From positions 152,648 to 216,647 of the forward strand of contig JAIRPN010000015.1 in assembly GCA_031256975.1 (NCBI GenBank): 64,000 nucleotides of DNA, read 5' to 3'. Both the position numbers and the translations under genes were made by a program. Each line of letters begins with the position of its first letter. Position 1 is the first letter of the stretch. This document shows positions 40,265 through 48,906 of the stretch, piece after piece. Source of the stretch: Verrucomicrobiales bacterium. GTDB taxonomy: Bacteria; Verrucomicrobiota; Verrucomicrobiia; Methylacidiphilales; JAAUTS01. A model generated the notes under the pieces. The model was not told the DNA's origin, did not search any database, and saw only the letters and a program-made list of their open reading frames with translations.

Positions 40265-42159
40265 AGTTTGATTCCCTGCCGTGCCGCCATCTTGGCAAAA
40301 CGTCCGCCTTGTTTCAACAACTCATCAAATCCACCCTGCTCGACAATTTCACCCCGTTCCAACACGACAACCTGGTCGCAGGATTTCAAAGTGGAAAGCC
40401 GGTGCGCGATCATCACCACCGTGCGATGCGCCGACAATTCATCGATTGCCTTCTGTACCTCGGCCTCGGCCTGCGAATCCAGCGCCGCGGTCGCCTCATC
40501 CAAAATCAGGATCGGCGCATTGCGGATGAAGGCGCGGGCGATCGACAAACGCTGCCGCTGCCCGCCCGACAATCTTACACCGCGTTCGCCGACAATGGTG
40601 TCGTAACCCTGCGGCATGCTGGTGATGAAGTCATGGGCATGCGCCGCTTTGGCGGCGGCGATAATCTCCTCGCGCGTGGCGTCCGCCTTGCCGAGCGAGA
40701 TATTCGCGCCGATGGTGTCGTCAAACAACAGCACCTCCTGCCCGACCAGCGCCATCTGCGTGCGCAGGCTGTTGTGGGTCAATTGCCGCAAATCATGGCC
40801 ATCAATTTTGACCGCACCGTTCTTCGGATCGTAAAAGCGGAACAACAAGCTGATCAAGGTGCTCTTGCCCGAGCCGCTTTCCCCGGCAATGCCGATCTTC
40901 GTTCCTTTCTTGATGGTCAGATTGATCTTGCGCAATACCGGCAAATCCGCGCGTCCGTAGGAAAAATCCACCTGTTCCAGCGCGATCGCTTGGTTGAAAT
41001 CCGGCAAGGCCGCGGCCTCCGGCAGTTCCGGCGTGTCGGAACGCTCCTGCAGGGTTTGCTGTAAACGTTCGACGCCAACGCGCGCTTTTTGCAGCACCAA
41101 ATTGATGTTCGCCAGGCTCTTGATCGGGTTGGCCATCATCGCCATGCCCATGGCGAAGGTAATCAACTGCGGAATTTCCGTGCCCGAGAAAAACACATAG
41201 AGCAGCACCACGCTGACGCCAATCACGCTCATCACTTCCAGCAGCGGATTCATCATCACCTCGGCACGGTTGCGGCGCATGCTGGCGGAAATCAGCCGGG
41301 TACGGAAATCGCGGTAACGCTTCTGGATGAAACTCTCCAGGCTGAAAGCCTTGACCATGCGCATGTTGGCGATGGCCTCGACCAAAAAGCTGCCGAATTT
41401 CACCTCGGTATCCACCTGCGAGCGCGCCGCCGTTAGCGTCTTTTTGCCCAGAATGCGCACCGGCAGGATGAACGGGATCATGATGACCGTGGCGATCAGC
41501 GTCAATTTCCAGTCGACATACAACATCGCGGTTAGCGACCCGACAATCGCCGCCGGCTGCTTGATCAAATCGGCCACGCCGACACGGAAAAACGTGTACA
41601 CCGACAACGTGTCGCCGTTGATCCGCTGCATGATGTCGCCGGTCTTTGAGCGGTCGAAATAATCAATCGACAGCAAGTTGATCCGCTGCAACACGAATTG
41701 CTGCATGTCGTAATGGCAGCGCTCACTGACCCATTGCAGGCAGTAGCCGTTCAAATAACTGCAGGCTCCGCGAACCAGGGTTACCAACGGCAACAATAGC
41801 ACGCAACCCAAGGCCTGCTTCCACGTCATCGACTGCCCGACCTTTGGCAACCATTCATCAACCAGCCGGTCGAGTTCCGCCCGGGCCTCGCCCTTGAGAT
41901 GATCCATTTGCTGGCGCCATTCGCTCTTGACCGCCGGTGAAGAGGGCGCTGCCGTTGCCGTCGCCACCTGCGCCGGGTGCGACAAATCGGGCGTCATCCG
42001 CTCGGCCATGGTTTTCACCCCAAACAGCACCACGCCGGAACACAGGCCGAACAACACCCCAAACAGCACTCCGCCGAAAAAACGCAGCCGGTATTTCTTC
42101 AGGAACGGCCAGCCAAACCGGAAAGCAAAAAAAATCGAATTCATGGACTCAGCCCCCAC
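40261..42159 (-). CDS. msbA: ABC transporter permease/ATPase, lipid A exporter-like
   Basis: TMD plus an NBD with GESGSGKST, LSGGQRQR and ILILDEATAALD. The probable start is the ATG at 42144 (MNSIFF). The symbol is by family resemblance only. Confidence 0.75.
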   Translation of the reverse strand: MGAESMNSIFFAFRFGWPFLKKYRLRFFGGVLFGVLFGLCSGVVLFGVKTMAERMTPDLSHPAQVATATAAPSSPAVKSEWRQQMDHLKGEARAELDRLVDEWLPKVGQSMTWKQALGCVLLLPLVTLVRGACSYLNGYCLQWVSERCHYDMQQFVLQRINLLSIDYFDRSKTGDIMQRINGDTLSVYTFFRVGVADLIKQPAAIVGSLTAMLYVDWKLTLIATVIMIPFILPVRILGKKTLTAARSQVDTEVKFGSFLVEAIANMRMVKAFSLESFIQKRYRDFRTRLISASMRRNRAEVMMNPLLEVMSVIGVSVVLLYVFFSGTEIPQLITFAMGMAMMANPIKSLANINLVLQKARVGVERLQQTLQERSDTPELPEAAALPDFNQAIALEQVDFSYGRADLPVLRKINLTIKKGTKIGIAGESGSGKSTLISLLFRFYDPKNGAVKIDGHDLRQLTHNSLRTQMALVGQEVLLFDDTIGANISLGKADATREEIIAAAKAAHAHDFITSMPQGYDTIVGERGVRLSGGQRQRLSIARAFIRNAPILILDEATAALDSQAEAEVQKAIDELSAHRTVVMIAHRLSTLKSCDQVVVLERGEIVEQGGFDELLKQGGRFAKMAARQGIKL

Positions 42160-42186
42160 ATATAGCAGAGCCGCGATTTTATTTCA

Positions 42187-42846
42187 TCATAAACCCAAGA
42201 AAGCTCGCACGGCCTGCTCCAGATTGCGTGAAACCACCGGCAATTCGGCATCGGCATCCACTTCCACCAGCAGCCTCTCCCCGCGATAATAATCCAGGAT
42301 TGGCCCGGTCTGGGCATGGAATACCTTCAGGCGCTGCTTGATGGTTTCCGGATTATCATCGGCCCGGCGATGCAATTTGCCGCCACACTCATCGCAAATC
42401 CCGGCCTGTTTCGGCGGGTTATACTTGAGGTGATAGGTTTTTTGGCAATGGGTGCAAATCAGGCGGCCGGAAAGGCGCTCGATCACCGAGACATCCGGCA
42501 CTTTCAGGAAAATCGCCGCGGTCAATTTTTGCCCGCGCTCCTGCAGGATGCGGCTCAGGATTTCAGTCTGCGGCAGGGTGCGCGGAAAACCATCGAGAAT
42601 AAAACCATGGTTAGCGTCGGGTTTTTCCAGCCGGCGACGCAACAATTGTTCGGTCATTTCATCGGTGCCGAGCAAGCCTTGGTCGAGCAACTTCTTCGCC
42701 GCCAGCCCCAGCGGCGTGCCCAGCGCCATTTCGTCGCGGTATAAATCCCCCGTGGAAATATGCAGGATGCCGAGCCGTTCGCTCATCAAATCCGCATGCG
42801 TGCCCTTGCCCGAACCCGGGCTGCCGATGAATACGAAATTTCGCAT
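42187..42846 (-). CDS. adk: adenylate kinase (zinc-lid type)
   Basis: GSPGSGKGT P-loop and Cys4 lid CTHCQ...CDECG. Start set at the ATG at 42846 (MRNFVFIG). Confidence 0.95.
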   Translation of the reverse strand: MRNFVFIGSPGSGKGTHADLMSERLGILHISTGDLYRDEMALGTPLGLAAKKLLDQGLLGTDEMTEQLLRRRLEKPDANHGFILDGFPRTLPQTEILSRILQERGQKLTAAIFLKVPDVSVIERLSGRLICTHCQKTYHLKYNPPKQAGICDECGGKLHRRADDNPETIKQRLKVFHAQTGPILDYYRGERLLVEVDADAELPVVSRNLEQAVRAFLGL

Positions 42847-42930
42847 GGGCGCAAACCTTAACGGATTTCCTCGCACTGTACAATGAAAACAGACTTTGCC
42901 TCGCCATTAGCGCCCTGATATTCTCAGCCC

Positions 42931-44070
42931 ATGGAAATCCTCGTGGTAGTCTTGTTGATCCTCGTGCTGCTGTCATTGGCGGGAGTGCTGTGGCTGGTCT
43001 CGCGGTTGGCGCCCAGCCTGCAAAGCAGCCAGGGACAGCAACTCGCCGAACTGCGCGAATTGCTGCAAAAAAGCCTCGGCGACCAGAAAAGTGATTTCCG
43101 CGACTTCAATTCCGCTAACAGCGAACTGTTACGCAAAAGCATCCAGGACGCCCTGACCAACCAGTCGCTGGTGATGGAGAAGCGTTTCGAATCCCTGCAA
43201 AACCAGACCGAGCAGCGCCTGCAGGAAATCCGCGCCAACGTCGAACGCCGTCTGCAGGAAAACCTGGAACAAAACTTCTCCGCATTCAAGGACATGACCA
43301 AGAGCCTTGGCGATTTGAAATCCAGCGCCGACCAGATGTTGAAAGTCAGCCAGCAGGTCGGCGAACTCAACCAGATCCTCGGTTCGCCGAAATTGCAGGG
43401 CAACTTCGGCGAGGCCGAACTGGAACGGCTGTTGGCAGACATTCTTCCGCAAGGCGCCTACGAATTGCAGCCCCGCCTGGCGGAAGGCTGCCAGCCCGAC
43501 GCCACCATCCGCATCAAGGACCTGCGCTTGTGCATCGACTCCAAATTCCCCAAGGACCGCATCGCCGCGCTGCTCGACGCCGCTAACGACGAAGTGAGCA
43601 AGGAAACCGCGCGCAAGGAACTCGCCTCCGTCATCAAGCTAATGGCCAGTGACATTTCGAAAAAATATGTCCGTCCCGAACTCGGCACCACCGACCAGGC
43701 CTTCCTGTTCGTGCCAAGTGAAAGCCTGTATTACGAGATCCTGAAACTGCCCGAACTCACCGAGCATTGTCGCAAGGTCAAGGTTAGCGTCGTTTCGCCG
43801 AACACCCTGGCCTCCACGCTTTATGCCGTGGCACTGGCCTTCCGCGGTTACGAAATGCAGGAAAACGCCAAGGCCCTGTTGCGCAGCATTCAGGACATGG
43901 ACAAGCACTTCCAGAACTTTCGCAAGGACTTCGCCAACATCGGCCAACGCATCCGCCAGGCGCAGGACGACTACGAAAAGGCCGGCCGTGATCTTGACCG
44001 CTTCGACAAGACCATCACCAAGCTCCGCGACGGCGAAAGCCAGCTCGGGTTGGAAGAAAAACCGGATTAA
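42931..44070 (+). CDS. rmuC: DNA recombination protein RmuC
   Basis: N-terminal TM helix, long coiled-coil, then the RmuC nuclease-like C-terminal domain (FLFVPSESLYYE...VSPNTL). Confidence 0.85.
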   Translation: MEILVVVLLILVLLSLAGVLWLVSRLAPSLQSSQGQQLAELRELLQKSLGDQKSDFRDFNSANSELLRKSIQDALTNQSLVMEKRFESLQNQTEQRLQEIRANVERRLQENLEQNFSAFKDMTKSLGDLKSSADQMLKVSQQVGELNQILGSPKLQGNFGEAELERLLADILPQGAYELQPRLAEGCQPDATIRIKDLRLCIDSKFPKDRIAALLDAANDEVSKETARKELASVIKLMASDISKKYVRPELGTTDQAFLFVPSESLYYEILKLPELTEHCRKVKVSVVSPNTLASTLYAVALAFRGYEMQENAKALLRSIQDMDKHFQNFRKDFANIGQRIRQAQDDYEKAGRDLDRFDKTITKLRDGESQLGLEEKPD

Positions 44071-44554
44071 ACGCAGAGACGCGGAGAACGCGGAGTTTTA
44101 TTTTGCCAGCCGCGTTTTCAAATCCGCGATGAAAGCGTCCCGGTCCTTTGGTGAAACCAGCGTGAGGATTTTACCGTTGGTGCCGGTGACTTTGACGCGC
44201 TTGATCGACAGTGCGGGAGAGCTGAGCGGATTGTAAGTTTTCCCGGCGTCATGAATTTTCTCCAGCGGAATGGTTTGCTTGATTAGCCCACACTTGATGA
44301 TTAGCGCCTGATTTGTCAACGTGTAATGGCACGGCACCGCCAGCAAGGCAATGACAACACCAACAAGCAAGCCGCTCAGCATCAAGATTTTGTCACCAAT
44401 ACAGGCACCGCTAATGATCAGCGCTGCCGGCACTCCCGCCAAAATGAGTGCCAGCCACCAGTCTACTGCGGAATAATATCTCTTTTCCATTTTCCCTTCG
44501 CCATTAGCGGTTAATTTCAAAAAAACTCCGCGTCCTCCGCGCCTCTGCGGTGAA
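44071..44554 (-). mobile_element. inverted-repeat-bounded single-gene cassette (PH-domain passenger)
   Basis: Arms are at 44071-44100 (ACGCAGAGACGCGGAGAACGCGGAGTTTTA) and 44521-44554 (reverse complement TTCACCGCAGAGGCGCGGAGGACGCGGAGTTTTT). The same arms flank 51304-51743. The cassette fills the rmuC/tpl intergenic space exactly. Confidence 0.6.
44098..44490 (-). CDS. membrane protein with bacterial PH domain (bPH/DUF1200-like)
   Basis: Start taken at MEKRYY (ATG at 44490). Two TM helices, then YTLTNQALIIKCGLIKQTIPLEKI...SPALSIKRVKV...LVSPKDRDAFIADL, typical of bacterial PH-domain proteins. The stop lies inside the repeat arm. Confidence 0.65.
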   Translation of the reverse strand: MEKRYYSAVDWWLALILAGVPAALIISGACIGDKILMLSGLLVGVVIALLAVPCHYTLTNQALIIKCGLIKQTIPLEKIHDAGKTYNPLSSPALSIKRVKVTGTNGKILTLVSPKDRDAFIADLKTRLAK

Positions 44555-44560
44555 AGATTC

Positions 44561-46072
44561 TTACAAACTATCGCCGAAATCCTGGCGGAACTTGGCGGCG
44601 AGTTTTTGCGGCCAGTCGCTGTTGGCGGCGAGTCTGCCGTTGAAGAAACGCAGCACCGGCGGTTCCTCGACGAAATGAATGCCACCGATGAGCCCGCGAT
44701 TCTGATAGAGCCAGTTCAAACGGTCGGCGACATATTGCGTCTGCGACAGCGTGAACACGCGACGCGGGAACGCTAACCGCAATAATTCCGCGTCAGCCAT
44801 CACGTCATTGCCGTTAGCGTCGCGCACGCTGGAAACGGTGCCGCGCTCCATGCCGCGCGCGCCGGAGGCGATGAAAAATGCCGCCGCCAAGGCTCCCGCC
44901 GGATAGTCCTTCTGCTCCACGTGCGGCAGGAAGTTCATCGCATCGACATGGCAACCCAGGCCGCCCGCCGGTGTGACCACAGGAATGCCGTATTCTTCCA
45001 GCTTGCGAACCAGGTACTCGATGAATGACGGGCTTTGCGAAATGACATTCTCGTCGGTGGTCTCGCGCAAGCCGACGGCCATGGATTCGATTTCACGGAC
45101 GCTAATGCCGCCGTAGGTGAGAAATCCTTCGTACAGCACGACAAGGTTTTTCATCTGGTCGAAATACTCCTTGCGATTGGTGCAAATGCCGCCGCCGCGC
45201 GAGGAGCTGACCTTGCGTGCCGAGAAGTACACGATGTCGGCGAGGTCGCACATTTCGCGCAGGATGACGCTAATGCTGGAATCCTTGAATTCGTCCTCGC
45301 GCTGTTTGACAAAGTAGGCGTTTTCACCGATCAGGCTGGCATCCAGGATCAGCATGATCTTGTGTTCGTCGGCGATCTTGCGCACCTCCCGCATATTGGC
45401 GATGGAGAACGGCTGGCCGCCGATCAGGTTAGTCGAGGCTTCCATGCGGATGAACGGAATCTTCGCCGTACCATGCTTCGCGATTAGCGCCTTCAACTTG
45501 TTGATGTCGATATTGCCCTTGAACGGATTGACACTCTTGACCTGCAAGGCGTCGTCGGTGAGAATTTCCACAATCTTACCGCCATTGCGGTCAATGTGCG
45601 CCAATGTGGTGGTGAAGTGGTAATTCATCGGAACCACGCTGTCGGGTTTCACGAAGGTTTGCGACAGGATATTCTCGCAGGCGCGCCCCTGATGCGCGGG
45701 CAACAGGTACTTTTTACCAAACACTTCCTCAACGGCCGATTGCAGGCGGTAGAAACTCTGCGACCCGGCATAGGCGTCGTCCGCCTGCAGCATCGCTGCG
45801 GTCTGGTTATCGCTCATCGCATTGGTGCCGGAATCGGTCAACATGTCCAGATAGACATCCTTCGTCCCCAGCTGGAAGGTATTAAACCCGGCCTCCTGAA
45901 TCGCCGCTAACCGCCGCTCGACGGGAACCAGGTTAAGTTTTTGCACGACACGGACTTTGTGCAATTCCAATGGAATATCCTCGCCGCTAAAAAACTTAAC
46001 GGCACGCTTGGGGGTAGGTGCTACTTTCATGTTAAAGGGATCAATTTTCTTGATCGCGGCTACTAATGTCAA
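44561..46072 (-). CDS. beta-eliminating lyase, tyrosine phenol-lyase/tryptophanase family
   Basis: LTDSGTNAMSD, AYAGS, PAHQGRACE and the PLP-Lys region SARKV. The DSGTNAMSD motif is closer to TPL than to TnaA. An alternative start is the ATG at 46030. Confidence 0.85.
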   Translation of the reverse strand: MTLVAAIKKIDPFNMKVAPTPKRAVKFFSGEDIPLELHKVRVVQKLNLVPVERRLAAIQEAGFNTFQLGTKDVYLDMLTDSGTNAMSDNQTAAMLQADDAYAGSQSFYRLQSAVEEVFGKKYLLPAHQGRACENILSQTFVKPDSVVPMNYHFTTTLAHIDRNGGKIVEILTDDALQVKSVNPFKGNIDINKLKALIAKHGTAKIPFIRMEASTNLIGGQPFSIANMREVRKIADEHKIMLILDASLIGENAYFVKQREDEFKDSSISVILREMCDLADIVYFSARKVSSSRGGGICTNRKEYFDQMKNLVVLYEGFLTYGGISVREIESMAVGLRETTDENVISQSPSFIEYLVRKLEEYGIPVVTPAGGLGCHVDAMNFLPHVEQKDYPAGALAAAFFIASGARGMERGTVSSVRDANGNDVMADAELLRLAFPRRVFTLSQTQYVADRLNWLYQNRGLIGGIHFVEEPPVLRFFNGRLAANSDWPQKLAAKFRQDFGDSL

Positions 46073-46152
46073 GTTGTTTACAATAAATGACAGATTGGCA
46101 AAAATCCGGCAATTTTCCTTACTATCCCCGTCGTTAGCGGCTAAATTTCCCC

Positions 46153-46965
46153 GTGCCTGAATTACCAGAAGTCGAAACCACCCGTCGCGGCATTGAACCG
46201 CACTTGAGCGGGCAGCATATCCTGAGCGTTAGCGTGCGCCAGACGCAATTACGTTGGCCAATTCCGGCCGAAATCATCCGTCTGAAAAACCAGCTGGTCA
46301 TTAGCGTCGGTCGCCGAGCCAAATACCTGCTGGTCGAGCTGCCCAAGGGCTGGATCATCATCCACCTCGGCATGAGCGGCACGATCCGCGTGCTGCCGGA
46401 AAAATTGCCGGCCGGAAAACACGACCACGTCGATCTCCACCTCTCCAGTGGCAAAGTATTGCGCTATACCGACCCGCGCCGCTTCGGTTGTTGGTTGTGG
46501 ACCATCAACGCACCCGCTAACCACAAGCTTCTGGCCAATCTCGGCCCCGAGCCACTAACCACGAACTTTTCCGCAGAATACCTGTTTCGCCAATCACGCG
46601 GCAAAAACACCTTGGTCAAACCTTGGCTGATGGACAACAAAGTCGTGGTCGGCGTCGGCAATATCTACGCCAGCGAATCATTATTCCGCGCAGGCATCTC
46701 GCCCAAGCGTCGCGCCAAGTCGCTAACCCCGGACGAATGCAAAAAAATCGTCATTAGCGTCAAAAAAGTGCTGGAACTGGCGATCAAAAACGGCGGCACC
46801 ACCATCAGTGACTTCCTCAGCGCCGAAGGCAAACCCGGTTATTTCGCCCAAAAACTGAAAGTCTACGACCGCGTCGGAGAGCCCTGTCAAAAATGCGGCA
46901 ACCCGGTTCAAAAACTGACCCAAGCCCAGCGCAGCACCTTTTTCTGCGCCCATTGCCAACGCTAA
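46153..46965 (+). CDS. mutM: formamidopyrimidine-DNA glycosylase
   Basis: N-terminal (M)[13 protein letters not shown]2TH region, C-terminal zinf finger CQKCGNPV...FFCAHCQ. GTG start. Confidence 0.95.
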   Translation: MPELPEVETTRRGIEPHLSGQHILSVSVRQTQLRWPIPAEIIRLKNQLVISVGRRAKYLLVELPKGWIIIHLGMSGTIRVLPEKLPAGKHDHVDLHLSSGKVLRYTDPRRFGCWLWTINAPANHKLLANLGPEPLTTNFSAEYLFRQSRGKNTLVKPWLMDNKVVVGVGNIYASESLFRAGISPKRRAKSLTPDECKKIVISVKKVLELAIKNGGTTISDFLSAEGKPGYFAQKLKVYDRVGEPCQKCGNPVQKLTQAQRSTFFCAHCQR

Positions 46966-46978
46966 AGGTGTTGTGTTA

Positions 46979-47680
46979 TTAAAACGGGATTTCGTCATCG
47001 GCCGGGTCGTCGCCACCGGCAACCTTTCCCGGAAAGGCATCTTCGGCGCAAACAAAATCCGGATATAGCCAAATATGCGAAAATGCCGCGCCCCAGATTC
47101 TCAGAAATGTCAGGTAAATCTGCCTTGCCCATTTGTCACCTGACTTGCAGGCAAAGATCTTTTCCATGTCAAAAAACTTTTCCCCGTGCAGAATTTCCAA
47201 ATCATAGTCGAGGGAATTTTCCTCGGTATTGACATTCAGCCCGCCTCCCAGCGTGTAAAGTGCAAGTTCAGGATTTCCATGCGGAAATTGCACCTGATAA
47301 AGCACGTCGGAATAATTTTCCTCCGTCAGCAACTTAAGATCAAGCAATTGTAAATTCACCATCAGCGTCCACCAGCGGCGACCATTGATGTCGCGCGGGA
47401 AATCGGCGATAAACATATCAAAATGCCGGTCATAATGAACAAAGGGAATCTGCAACGCGACAACACCTTCTTGCTCACGCACATAAACCGGTCGACAATG
47501 GCCACGAATCATTGCCAATGTCGGAGTTAACGGCAATTCGGCATTCTCAGGCCGAATACACTCAATCTCATACTCAAGCGTCGGCTTTCTTTCCCAAGCC
47601 GCCACGGGCGGAATGGAAATGAATTTCCCGGTGGAGTTCTTTCGCATCTTGCCAATGATGCGGTGAAATTCATTTCTCAT
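46979..47680 (-). CDS. hypothetical protein 'B' (233 aa) ending in an SSB-like acidic tip ...GGDDPADDEIPF
   Basis: Start set at the ATG at 47680, which forms an ATGA overlap with the stop of gene A (ORF track extends to 47785). AT-richer than its flanks. No family recognised. Shares an EG..ALQIP... core with gene A. Confidence 0.65.
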   Translation of the reverse strand: MRNEFHRIIGKMRKNSTGKFISIPPVAAWERKPTLEYEIECIRPENAELPLTPTLAMIRGHCRPVYVREQEGVVALQIPFVHYDRHFDMFIADFPRDINGRRWWTLMVNLQLLDLKLLTEENYSDVLYQVQFPHGNPELALYTLGGGLNVNTEENSLDYDLEILHGEKFFDMEKIFACKSGDKWARQIYLTFLRIWGAAFSHIWLYPDFVCAEDAFPGKVAGGDDPADDEIPF

Positions 47681-48162
47681 GATTGCTCCTCGCCATTGGC
47701 ATCCAAAACGAAAACTATTTCTGCCAATACTTTGAGTACTTCGTTGTAGATGGCAAAAAATATGCAGTCGGGAATCGTCCCGCAATGCATGTGTTCAACA
47801 CGAAAATCCACCGAATTGTTTACTTCATTAGCCTCCAGGTGACCGATCGTAATTGCTCTTTGCAATAGCCTAATCAGGTTCTGGAAAAAATCTCCATCCC
47901 TGCTTTTACCTTGCACTAGTTCGAGACGGTATACCAGCAAGTGTAAATTCCGATGTTTATCATCGTCAAACTCAGCTGCGAGCAGCATATAACCATCCCC
48001 TTTGAAAGTTAACGGAATTTGTAATGCGGGCTTCCCCTCCACGCTAACCACGAACACCTCAATCTGCCGTTTCTCAAACCAATCTCTCGCCTGCCGTACC
48101 CCTGCTGTTAGTGTCACTCCGTTTTTTGTCATGGCGCTAATGATGACAAGCGTGAGGGACAT
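47677..48162 (-). CDS. hypothetical protein 'A' (161 aa), paralogous core with gene B
   Basis: ORF translationally coupled to B. An alternative start is the ATG at 48132. No recognisable family motif. Confidence 0.6.
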   Translation of the reverse strand: MSLTLVIISAMTKNGVTLTAGVRQARDWFEKRQIEVFVVSVEGKPALQIPLTFKGDGYMLLAAEFDDDKHRNLHLLVYRLELVQGKSRDGDFFQNLIRLLQRAITIGHLEANEVNNSVDFRVEHMHCGTIPDCIFFAIYNEVLKVLAEIVFVLDANGEEQS

Positions 48163-48220
48163 TTGCGGGGATTCTGCAAAAGGACTGTATTTGTCCCTAC
48201 TGTCTTGCTACTACTTGAAT

Positions 48221-48880
48221 ATGGACTACAAATTTGAGCCTTGGATTGGCGAAAATTACAAAAACAGCCATCTCCGTACTATGTTCGTTGGCGAATCCCA
48301 TTACGGCGAAGATACCAAGAAATATCGCGAGCGAACCACAAATATTGTCATGCAAGATGTAGTCAAAAACATTCAGGGAAGACACTGGGGAAAGTGCCCT
48401 TTTTTTGGCAACATGTACAAGGCTATGCAAAATGAAAGCGTTCCTCAGTTAAGAACCCGACCGAATTGTAATAAAATTTGGCAAAATTTTTGGTGCGACA
48501 TTATCTTTTGTAATTATCTGCAAACCGAAAGTTTAGGAGGTCCAAGAGGACGTTCAAAACCAGAATCAACTGATTATGAGGGAGCAGCCGAATACTTGTG
48601 GAAGCTTATTGATGACTACAAACCTCGTTTGATTATTTTTTGGAGCAAAGGCAGGATAGCTTGGCATTTTTATAAATGGATAAACGAACAAAAAGCCAGC
48701 AAACTAAAAAATTTTGAGTGGCATCCTGCAGGGGAAGAAGAAAAATGGACGGATTGCCATCACTTCACCAAGCCGTTTCTTTTTTCGATTCTGAAATGCA
48801 ATCACCCTTCGGGAAGAGGCTTCGGCAAACATGAATATGAACGTATTGAAGAATTCAAAAAAACTTTGGCTCGCTGTTAG
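48221..48880 (+). CDS. hypothetical protein 'C' (219 aa), uracil-DNA-glycosylase-superfamily-like motifs
   Basis: Start set at MDYKFEPW, because the upstream part of ORF 48002.. overlaps gene A on the other strand. Four collinear UDG-like motifs: MFVGESHYG (compare GExPG), IIFCNYLQ...PRGRSKP, PRLIIFWSKGRIAW, and CNHPSGRG (compare HPS). Confidence 0.6.
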   Translation: MDYKFEPWIGENYKNSHLRTMFVGESHYGEDTKKYRERTTNIVMQDVVKNIQGRHWGKCPFFGNMYKAMQNESVPQLRTRPNCNKIWQNFWCDIIFCNYLQTESLGGPRGRSKPESTDYEGAAEYLWKLIDDYKPRLIIFWSKGRIAWHFYKWINEQKASKLKNFEWHPAGEEEKWTDCHHFTKPFLFSILKCNHPSGRGFGKHEYERIEEFKKTLARC

Positions 48881-48906
48881 CCCTCTTCAACCTTAGCGTT
48901 AAGGAC

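Noticed and set aside
48002-48220. N-terminal 73-codon extension of gene C given in the ORF track
   Set aside because: It overlaps gene A's 5' end on the opposite strand, and its translation is Cys/Ser/Thr-rich with no features. The ATG at 48221 gives a compact protein that starts just before the first conserved motif.
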